From Dimorphilus gyrociliatus (taxonomy: Eukaryota; Animalia; Annelida): a stretch of 64,000 bases of DNA. Below the pieces are notes generated by a model. The model was not told the DNA's origin. It saw only the letters and a program-made list of their open reading frames with translations, and ran no database searches. Both the position numbers and the translations under genes were made by a program. The DNA lies in assembly GCA_904063045.1 (NCBI GenBank), contig CAJFCJ010000010.1, positions 744,001-808,000 of the forward strand, read 5' to 3'. This document shows positions 53,790 through 64,000 of this stretch, one piece after another; the first letter of the stretch is position 1; every line of letters begins with the position of its first letter.

Positions 53790-54340
53790 GGGAAAGGGAA
53801 CAAAGCAAGGACGCGCTTCCAGCAGATCTCCTTTCAAGGATTATCCCATTATCAGATCGTTCAGGGGCAGGCGACGCGCTCTTGAAGCGTCGAAAGTGAC
53901 GACACGTCATTTTTGGTATCCCGTTGAGTCGACGAGTTTACTCCCTAATCGTTCTATTCTCTTTCAGCCGGCCTAGACGCCGCAGGCGGCTGGCAATTAG
54001 CTCGCCAAGAAAACAAATCGATTTGGCGATTTTCGACGAAGGTGAAGCGATTAATTATACGAATTTTCTATAGATGCGACACTCGTTAATTATTCAGTTT
54101 GCGTCGATCGGTTAGATAACAAGAGAAGCGATTAACGATAAGCTGCACATTAACTGGTAAACATTATTCAATTATACGTGATTAATCGAGGAATTTAGAC
54201 GAGTATAACGTCCGTAAACTATATTAAACTAATCTAGTATCCTCGTGCACATTCATCTGTCGATGTCACGTATTATTCATTACAAATGCAAATACTGGAA
54301 AATACATTCTAAAATTTTGATATTGTAAGATATCAAAAAT
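53790..54340. promoter_or_regulatory. GC/CpG-rich non-coding island, candidate enhancer
   Basis: High CpG density with several TAATTA/GATTAA homeodomain-type sites; no long ORF. Confidence 0.35.
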
Positions 54341-55929
54341 GTTGGCAGAGTGAGAAGTAATCATACTCTGTCGACGAATTTTATACCTCATTTACTAAAG
54401 AAGTCTTTGATATTTAGTTATGCTAGACGCTCATTCAGGTAGCGTATTTCTTATATTAGGAAAAATATTGAGATAAAGAGAGAGAGAGAGAAACAGAAAC
54501 AGAGTTCGTAAGACATTTTTATTGTCATTATTATTACAGTATTTGAATAACTCTCATGCACAATTTACATTCTAAATATTCGCTTTGTGCTTGAGAAATT
54601 CCTTCAAGACGTTGTTACAGCTTTTTACAATCTTCTTCTACTTCTATACATCATAAATAAATGAGTCTTTTCGCAAATAATTTAGAACTTTCCGTCCAAT
54701 TTAATGGTAATAAACTTCAGAAATAATTCAAATTGAATCGTATTTAGTATTTTCGATGGATAATCTCAAGACAAAGGACAAGAAACATAATTGTGATTAT
54801 CCCATAATAGCCATATTATATTGTATGTAAATAAATATCTAATGCTATTAACTTGATAATACAACAGCAAATATTCGTTTTTAATATATAGATGTATTCA
54901 TTTATACTGTGTATACTAATATATAAATATATGTTCAGTATATATAACGATTTATATTATAACGATATTACGTAAAAGATATGAAGCGAGTAATTGATGC
55001 CAATCAATTCCCAATACGATCGTACTTAACTTGTTTCTCTCCCTTATATCGATAGCCTCCGGTCGTGGGTGTGGCTCGATTCATTCGTTTCTAAAATGAA
55101 TTTCGTGTCTTTATTTATATTCTCATTTTCTGAGCTGGTTGTTTATGTTGCATCTGTTCCTATTTTCTCCCTCTCGTCCTCTTTTTTCTCATGTTTTATC
55201 AACAAAGTACAAGCATACTTGTTAAAATTATGAATAAATATTTTCTTTTCTATTACACCGAACAATAAACAATCATAAAAAACTAATTAAGACAATTTGA
55301 CTATTATGAGATTCAATTTCCATCATCCTCTCTCTCTCTGTCTCTGTCTACGTCGTTTGCTTTCTTTCCGTCTGTCATTCGTTGCCTGTCTCCCCCTACC
55401 CTCCTTTCCATCTTCTATCCCCAAAACTCCCATTCTACTTTTATTTGTACAGAGTTTTTTTTTGACATGTGAATAAAGGAGTGGGTAATTAGTGAGTTAA
55501 CACATAACAAAAGAGTAAATAGGTTGAAACAATAGGAAAATAAGGCGTTATTTTTTTGTAACAATTCTCATGTTACCTTATAGACTTGACCAAGCTGTTA
55601 AGAGCATGAAGTCTTCTTACTCTATACTTTTAAAAAATATCCCCTGGGATGTTTTTATGACCTTCATAAAACCCCTCTAGTTTTATCACTCTCATGTAAA
55701 GTATACGTTTAAATGAGGTGTTCTTTAGGGTTTGTATCCCTGAATAATCTTTAGTAAATATTGCATTTATATAAACTACCGTTATAAATTATATGGCTAC
55801 TTATATAGTACGGTACTATTTAAATAATGGTTTACTGGTATGTCCTGATGGTAATGGCATAATTCGAAAATTTATTCTTTACATTATTGTAACCTTCACT
55901 GGACACCAATTTTCTTAGGACTAATTCTC

Positions 55930-56700
55930 AAGATTAACGCAACGGGATAGAATCGCGAATAAGCGTTCGTGAATTATTCATAACCGCTGCCGAGGCGGGC
56001 TACAAGGCGCGAGATCAGGCGGTACAGTTCGCATAGGCGATGAAGCAAGGTGAGAAAGCCATTACTGCAGTCTACTGCAGCATCTGCCGCAATCTTCCAA
56101 TATAGCCCACCCACTCACCATCATGTATTTCTCCGCCCCTCTTCGTTCCCTTCTATCTATTTTCCGTGAAAGGCGTGGTCGGTGAACAAAGACCGTAGTT
56201 TTAGCTTCAGGGTGTTATCTACGCGTCTGTAAATGTAAATATCAGAGCATTTGCGTCGAGTATATAGGAATAACCTGACTAGACATTACAGCGAGCGTCT
56301 AATTGGCGCTCTAACGACCCCGACTCGCGTCCGGAACGGTAGGGGGTTGAATTGGGCGGATGACGCCGAATGAAGTCAGTGATTTGTATGGTGTGATGTC
56401 TGAATAGTTTTTCGAGCTTGATTACCGTGTTTCGAAACCGCTAAAAGTTAAGCCATTTTAAATGCTCAAGCTGTTCAAAAAAAACCAGTAAAGTAGTTGA
56501 CATGTTGATTGCAGCTACTCGGATAGAAAACTGAGAAATTCAGTTTATAAAATACCAGTGTATAACTCTATAGGTTAATGGGTTAGGAAAAGAGACATGT
56601 TGTAGCGACAAATTTTTTTGAACGCGTCTGAACATATGTTCAAGAAACTGAGGGTGAAAGTAAGAAGTTCATTTGGCGCGCGTCAGACTAGAGGATGAAA
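55930..56700. promoter_or_regulatory. GC/CpG-rich island immediately 3' of the T-box gene (3' enhancer or 3' UTR element)
   Basis: About 50% GC by eye, no homology in six frames that I could recognise, with T-box half-site-like motifs at about 56171, 56210 and 56389. Confidence 0.35.
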
Positions 56701-57032
56701 GACTTTAAAGAAATACCGGTAGTGGTTAATATTAAAGTCTATACAGTAATTAAATGTCAAATTACGAATAATATTACTATAAAAGAATTATATATTTTAC
56801 TCTATATTGTACATTAAAATACTATATACAGACATAAACATTTATATAGATATATAAATATATGCAAATATATTTTTTCCTGTATTTTAAATAGATAATA
56901 GAGAATTTCTATGAAAAAATATGCTTCGCATGTATATCTATATATATATATATATAATATACACAGTTATTAAAAATTTCGACGGAATGCAGTATAATAC
57001 ATAATGAAAAAAACAAAGAATGTTGAGAGAGT

Positions 57033-59790
57033 CTATTGAAAAGCGGACAACATTGAATGACACTGAAAGGGCGAGGCGAAAGCTGAGGCTGTTGCTGATT
57101 GCGGTACACAATAAGGGTTTTGCTGTGGAACACAATAACTTTGTTGTATTTGTTGCTGACTACCAAATTGACATGGTGGTGGAGGGGGATGGGGTTGAGA
57201 TACTTGGGGATGCGGTCGGTAATCGTCCCGACGCATTCTTTTTTCATCTTCTTCTTCTTCGCTATCTATAGAGGTAAAAGGAAAATGTTAGAGAAAAGAA
57301 AGGCTAATTAAACGACCGCAAAGCCGATGCGACATCAAAGAAATGCTGTTAATCAGTTCTGCAGATCGCTTACCTTTACTGCTGGTGACCGGAGGCGATG
57401 AGGTCGATTCCGGTTGTTGCGTTGAAGAAGTTGCGGCGGCGGATCGTTTTTGACCGATTAGTCGATGATCTCTCCTACCCATTCCATTGTCCCTGAAACC
57501 TTTGGCGAAAGGATTATTGTCGATCTTTAACTGCGTTATCTGTTCGTTTTGATAAGCTGTAACCGCTATAAACGTTGTCTCTTCAAAGGGGAACGTATTA
57601 AATGTTGTCCACCTCAAAGAGAAAATATCGTTGGCTTGTACAACATGTACCCTTGGCTGATATTTGTGCATTGAGTTGAGGATGATCTGTAATTCGATAT
57701 GCTTTTTTAAAATAATGAAAAAGTAAGAATATTATTATTATATAGAAAAGAAGCACATGAAAGAAGTTGCTGGCAGAAAAATCCCGACTTAGCCCATATA
57801 ATTAATGATTATACATGGTGACTTGTTTTTTTAGGGATTTCTTTTCTTGTACGATATCCCCAACGAAAAAGCAAATTCTGTCTCCTTCCCTTTTTTCTTT
57901 TGGATTTTAAATATTTATACTTACGTGTCCGTTCTGATCCAGATTGTTATTTGTCAATTTCATCTTATGGAAGGCTACTGATTGCTTCATCCAGTGCGAA
58001 CCAGACGCTGGAGAATCGGGATGAATATATAAACGACCAGGCATATGCGGTTCGGCCTTTCCGGTTACAACCCATTCCGAGTTGTGATACTTGTAACGGC
58101 AATCGTCTACAGGTACAACGTCTACGAGTAAGATATATTTGGCAGATGCGTCTAAACCTTCCAGAGACACTTTGAACGTAGGAAACATTCTCCTGTTGAC
58201 GGGAAGAGGAAAAATTTTTTTTTAGCTTCTTATAGCAGACTTTATTCTACATAAGTGATAATTATAGAATTACAATAAGCCATATTCCCATCATTCTACT
58301 AAAATGATTTAGCTTTCCGTTCAGTATTGCGCACCAGTGGCGCAGTTTAAGGGTGAACAAAAAAAACACCATAAGTTAAAATTCAAAATAGAAAACTTTG
58401 CTTTGTTGACGAATTACGCATAGTGTTATGCAACCATAGCAATTTATTACATATTTAATCACAGGCAAGCTTCATCTAGATAAATAAGCGAAAGTAAATA
58501 AAATAGCTGATAATTCGGACCGATATGTCCTTCGGAGGCGGGCATTGGGCGTTCCGGGGCGGCGCAGATATGAGATCGTAAAGCGGCCGCCAAAAAAGAT
58601 TGAAAAAGCCTTTCTCTACAGAGAATTCAACTCGTATTTGGCGTGACTTAATTACGTAATTTTGTATACGGGGTTTGAAAGGGAAGGGGTGATATTTTTT
58701 TATAAATATATAGAGGCAGGCACGAAATATCTTCCACCCACTTTTCCTCTAAGTTTATCTGTTCTACTTTTTAATTCTACAAGAATTAAAACTATGTATT
58801 TAGTGCGAAACTTGATGATGTCGAAAGGGGTCGGGACATTTATATAGGAATTACTATTTGTTAGCTTATGAGTAAACAATTAATTTACCTTCCAGATTTT
58901 GTTATTATCATTTCTGTTCCAATTGAATGGAACTTTTTCCAGAGATCCCGATTTTCTAACTTTACTTTTATATTTTTATCGACGCATTGTTCTTGCGCCG
59001 GTGCCGACGAAGTGTAAAATCTTCGGGTTGGGGCGTAACTGGAGCAAGGTGGTGCTGAGCTTGCAAATTGATGAACTCCTATGTAGATAAAACAAAATGA
59101 AAGTCAGTTTGATAATCGTCTAGCGATCGGTAAATAAGAACGCGAGCCATTTCTTTAATCTTTGATTAATCCTGATTAACAGTTGATAACCACTTAGCAC
59201 AAGTTTACAAAAAAGAAAAGCCTTTTTATCTCTTTTTCTTTTTTGTTTGAATCTATAAATAACTAATTGTTTTTTCATTTTTCTTTATTTCTTCTATTTC
59301 TTTCATGTAAATGTTCATTTTCCGTTTTTCATTTGTTCGTTTTGAATAAGCCAAGTGTATACCCTGTTCAAAAACAGCTGCCCTGGTGACTTCAATGCGG
59401 CCACCGACAAAGCCGCATATAGATTGCCTAGGGCGTGACGAGTTAACTGCTTCAGAATGGTCAATTTAGGTCTAGCTAGAGAAAAGCACCTGGATAAAAG
59501 TAACAAATGATCCTACACCCATTTTTGTACCCTTTTCGATAACCTAAATTCGACATTCTTCATGGGTCAGGAATTTTTCGATTGAAGTAGACTCGGGGAT
59601 AGTTTCTACACTTGTTTTTTAACTTACCAGCAGCTGCTCCGTGCAATGCAAATGCCGTTGTTGGATCAGGCATGGAGTGTACAGTTGGAAATCCGTTGAA
59701 CGGGAAAGCGGCGTTCGTTGTAGAATTTGAATTCTGCATGAATGAATGGTGGACGAAGCCAAGAGCTCTTGAAGATTCATCTTGGAACAT
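57033..59790 (-). CDS. Tbx6: T-box transcription factor, Tbx6/Dorsocross-like subfamily (388 aa); exons 59790-59628, 59078-58889, 58192-57925, 57686-57374, 57265-57033
   Basis: Complete T-box: [26 protein letters not shown]|[14 protein letters not shown]...[61 protein letters not shown]|[17 protein letters not shown]...[28 protein letters not shown]. All exons join in frame (1167 nt). LENRDLW, GSHWMKQ and LTNNxLDQxGH favour the Tbx6/16/VegT/Doc group, although some residues resemble Tbx2/3 and Tbx4/5. T-box identity is certain; the subfamily label is less so. Confidence 0.9.
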
Positions 59791-59799
59791 GGTCGCCGT

Positions 59800-59950
59800 T
59801 GAAGTGACATTGTAAGACGGGAGTGGTTAGAAGTTTAAGAGACTGTGATTGGCCAATGGCTGTTCAACTAGACTCCGCCCATTTCGGACGCGTGCCACCG
59901 CCCTCGAAAAAAAGCTACCGAAGTTGGCGCCCGATTGTGCAAACATCACC
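59800..59950 (-). promoter_or_regulatory. Proximal promoter/5' UTR of the T-box gene
   Basis: Overlapping ATTGG/CCAAT boxes (about 59848-59857) and GC-box-like CTCCGCCC (about 59873) and CACCGCCC (about 59896) directly upstream of ATG 59790. Confidence 0.5.
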
Positions 59951-61619
59951 TTTTACTAATCTTCGCTTACACACAGTGTTAACAGTAACAAGTATAGGCG
60001 CCTTTCAAAACGCGTCAGCCTCTGTTCACCAATTCAATATTTTATAGATTTCACAAACAATACAAAACTATTTCAGTTAAAGTTAAAAAGATTCAAAATG
60101 ACAGATTCCCTTTATTGAACTTATTTCTCCCTTCCCACTTCTCCCTCTTTTAAAAACTACTCATCCTAATACTCATTAAAATACTAAGCTAGTAATCGAG
60201 AATTTGCCTAGTTATATAACTAATCGGGAAACCAACCCGTGTTGACTAGTACAAGAACACTCAAAAGCGGAATTGAGTTTTAGAGAGTCTACACTTGAAG
60301 TCAAGGTTCTACTCATTTATTCTTATTCATAGTCAAGTATACAAACGCATCTTATTCCTTCCTTTTCTTCAACTGTGGGATTTATTAGTTAAATTTATAT
60401 GTATTGTGATACTTTAATGTTGCATAATTAAATATTTTAAATATTTTTATCAATGGAAATTGTTATGAAATATGCTTTTTTTGGGGGAAATTTTCATTAG
60501 ATGTTCAAAAAAAAATCATTTTTTTTTTTGCCCCAATTTTTCACATTATGTTTGGTATTGACCCTTAAAAAAGCGATACTATATGGAAGTACATATTGTT
60601 CAAGCTACTTATATTGTGATATAATACTAATAAGTGCAGTTGTCGTGACGTCATTACCTTGACCTTTCACAGCACGACATCTTCCCCAACGGATAGACGA
60701 TCAAAGTAATCCAGTAGATAAATCGCCATAATCCTCCATAACGGCAAAGATGAAGAGGGGAAAGTCACGCGCGAAATATGCTCATAGTCACCCCAGCATT
60801 GAAATTAAGCTCCTTTACAACTCTTAGTAGTAGTTTTTTCTTTCATAATTCCTAATTACTGAACATTAAACTATTAAAAAGTCTAAACTTTAATTATCTT
60901 TTTATACAAGTTAAAAGTTAAAAGAAAAACTATCTGACTTTGATATATTTGTTTCCTTATTTTTTCAATAGATAACTACTAGCAATAAAATATCGATATT
61001 GTTAAAGTAACATTTTTTTATTGTTCAAAACCTATTTTATTCAAGTTTATATTGTTTTTATTGAGTCTTTTTTTTTTTACCTCTTTCCGTCTTGTGACCA
61101 GCTCAAAAATTCACAACTTTCCCTTCGTTTTTCTGCACCTCTTCCACCACCTCCTTCTTTCATATGTGTTTGAATAACGAGGCGTATTATTATTATTATT
61201 ATTATTAATTCTATGCTTTATTTCCTGAAACTACACACTTGTATCTTTATTTATGTATTTATTAATATCTTTATTTAACATGTATAACATAAAGAACAAG
61301 ATAAATAATTATTAACAATTGCTTAAACATGAATAGTATTGAATTACAAGATAAACAAACATATACAGATGTTGACGTGGACATAAAGACAAACATTTAC
61401 AGGAAGAAGAGTATCAAGAGTAAAAGGTTATGAAGGAACATCTGGTAAAAGGTGGAAAAAGTCATAAATTAAAGATGTTATTTAGGAGGAGGAGTCTATC
61501 CGTATATTTTAAATATATATTGCACTTTTCTTGCATGATCGGAAAGACCCTGGGTATAATTTTTTTTGAACAAATGCTTAATCTCATTTATTTAATGTAT
61601 AATTATTGAATATAAAATG

Positions 61620-62300
61620 ATAGGTGTTACATACAAGATGGCGTAAAAACAAACAAGAAGAAAATTCCCTATTGAATTGGTTTATAACGTTTTCGGCTGC
61701 GAATTGTAGATGAATCAAACTCATTCTCTACCGCTACATTATCCCCGAGCGAATTGTTATTCTCCTATATACATACAATATATATCTAGAAAGAAAAGGG
61801 GCAGAAATAATTAAGCTTTCGCCGATTCTTGTCCGTCCAACGATTTCATATACCCAAAGGCTGAAAAAAATACTTAGAGCGATCAAAAGGAGATCGTGGT
61901 CGTAAAAACGGTGCATTACCGTAAACGAAAGGAGGCCGACATGTTTTGAAGAGAAATTCTTAAAAAGCCGCTTTTTCTCCTTCTTATATATATACATATA
62001 TATTATATAAAGCAGCTGTGTGTTTTCTTTTTGATGAGTCTGGCTTCTGTAACGTAATACTGTCGACAGATTGGCGTTCGGCGCCTGGAAACGGATATTC
62101 GAGTGAGTTACGTAAAACGATATTGGTATTCATTTATTCTTCGTTTATCGTTGATATTTTTTAAGTGTAAATAAGCCGGTTTTGGCGGCGTAACTGGCGC
62201 ATCTGTTTGACGAAAGCTTGCATAACCTTACACGTTTTTTACGGTAGTTTGCGTAACTTCTGGCAGCCGGTCGGCCGTTTTGTAAGCTTTTGTAAATAAA
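61620..62300. promoter_or_regulatory. CpG-rich upstream island(s), candidate enhancer or separate promoter
   Basis: AAGATGGCG (61635-61643), AGGTGTTA (61622), an E2F-like TTTGGCGG (about 62181) and dense CpG. No downstream exon identified within the window. Confidence 0.35.
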
Positions 62301-64000
62301 TGAACCGGAGTTGATTGTTTTCTACTTTGATTTTAGTCATAAGCATAATAAAATATACCTAATTTATTGTTGTTTACTTTTCCAACCATTCCTCTCCTTA
62401 AAGCTCTTATATTCCACTAAATTCTTGTTAATAAAATGCCTTCTATTATGGCTTTTTACCACGCATTTCAGTTCCAGTAATTTATTATATTAAATCTATC
62501 AAATATTTATAAATACAAAAAATAAGCCTAAACTAGTTAATAGACAAATTATTTAATATTATATTCAACTACAGATGGCGTAAAGTACTACTACCTGGGC
62601 GTTTCGTACTTATTTAGAGTATCATTCTTGTTAATGATAAATTTTAAATTTTCTACAACGGCTCTACAGTTATAACAATCTAATCAAGCACAAGAAAAGA
62701 CATGACTAAAATAGAAAAATAGTCTTTGATTGAGACGCAATTAAACCCAATTAAGAATAAATTATAAATCTATCTGATCAAACTGTTTACAACAGTTTTT
62801 TAAGAGTTCAAAAGAAGCAAAAGAAAAATAGTTCTGACTCATTTGCTGCTCTTAAAAAAGCTGTTTCTTGGGAATAATAAAAAAGTTAAGCAACAAGGAC
62901 ATCTATTGCCATCTATGGTACAATTGAAGAAAACATTTATTCTCCCTAATACTTAAAATATGATACATGTATCTCGTAAATTTATCAAAATAATTGTCCA
63001 TTTTTTATTTATATAAGAATAAACTGAGAAAACAGAAAATAGATCAATAGAAAATATATGTATGATTTATTCGAAAAATTGCATTATGTTTGAATAATTT
63101 CCCAAAAAAATTGGTTAGGCCTTTGAGAATCAAGTGATATTCATTTATAAAGTAAAATTTTAATGGCTAAAATTTTTATATTTATCTATTTATCTCTTCT
63201 TTGAGAGGAATAGCTGAAACCTTCCTTTTTTGAATAAACAAATACCTTTTAGTGTAAAGGTAAAAATAAAGTTAATTAAAGCGATTTTAAAAGGTATAAC
63301 TTGTAGGCTTTTTGCTAAACTACTGGTAACTTTATAACAACCTAGTGATTAAGCGATCATGTTTTACGAAAAGTAAAAGAAAGATCTCTGAAATGGACGT
63401 TTTAGCCTCATTTCAAAGTAGAATTTATATTAAAGAAGAAAATGTTATAAACAGTTTTATATAAGAATAGCATATCCCTTGATAAAAAGTTTTCATTTAT
63501 AAATGTATACATTTTATACCATATGTAGATATATGTCTATGTATATACTGTATATGTATGTGTAATTTAAAGATTTTAATAAAATTGTAGATATTTTTGA
63601 AATGTAATAATACAGCTACTAATTTACATTCTTTAATTGGTGTTATTTATCTTTTACAGTAATATACAGTCTTTCAATAGTCTACAACGCAAGGATTTTT
63701 CCATCTCCAAATATAAAAATCTAAAAAGAATCTGAAAAAGGTGAGAAAATAAGGGAAACTGAAAAAAAATCCTTATTAAAGATGAGAGTAATGTAGGAAG
63801 TTAACAGAATCGTGAACCAAAGCTAAAAAGAGAAAAAAAAATTGGTTAGTAAAAAAATTTTTATTAAGAAAGATGTTGTAAACGCCTCATAAATTCTGTA
63901 CAAATGCCGTCTTTTTTAAGGTTTGTTTTGCTGTAAAGTAAGAGAGAGAGAGAGAAAGAGAAAGAGATAGAGAAAGAAAAAAAAGCCCTTCTAGACCTTC

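Noticed and set aside
55050-55090. GGCTCGATTC resembling a tRNA/SINE B-box
   Set aside because: No cloverleaf, acceptor stem or convincing A-box could be built.
57020-58175. Plus-strand ORFs 57020-57271, 57099-57311 and 57900-58175 (also 59612-59815, 18589-18987, 24815-25006, 28676-28957, 29325-29513, 43028-43261)
   Set aside because: Antisense or alternate-frame shadows of real exons, with no independent protein features.
62054-62070. TAATACTGTC, identical to the first 10 nt of miR-8/200
   Set aside because: The match stops at 10 nt and there is no complementary arm. The same applies to TGATTGTCCA (miR-219-like) near 35529.
1-64000. CRISPR arrays, rRNA, telomeric arrays, intact transposons or retroelement ORFs
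   Set aside because: No regularly spaced direct repeats, no rRNA/tRNA signatures, no (TTAGGG)n, and no long RT/integrase/transposase ORF were seen.

Overview
AT-rich animal (metazoan) genomic DNA with short introns (often 45-110 nt); no prokaryotic features (no CRISPR, rRNA or tRNA found). Gene content and compactness suggest a lophotrochozoan, possibly a compact-genome annelid (inference, not verified). From left to right: an intron-containing chitin synthase pseudogene with several stops, frameshifts and two large internal deletions that removed the catalytic motifs (minus, 23-4336); a 154-aa single-pass membrane protein gene (7353-10324); a TMEM151-like gene (11552-15813); a partial single-pass membrane protein gene (minus, 18576-19379); four intronless class A GPCRs (a divergent allatostatin-A/galanin-receptor-like gene, a minimal orphan, and a diverged paralog pair); a 6-exon DEG/ENaC channel (minus, 28782-30533); several decayed Tc1/mariner transposase relics; and a 5-exon Tbx6/Dorsocross-like T-box gene (minus, 57033-59790) in a gene-poor region with GC/CpG-rich islands. 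The most notable observations are the chitin synthase fossil, the excess of TACAGTA/TACTGTA motifs resembling Tc1 excision footprints, the ENaC lacking its HG gating histidine, the inside-conserved and outside-diverged GPCR pair, and a recurrent AGATGGCG (CTCF/YY1-like) motif. I found no convincing wholly new biological system. All gene models were built by hand and are not transcript-verified.
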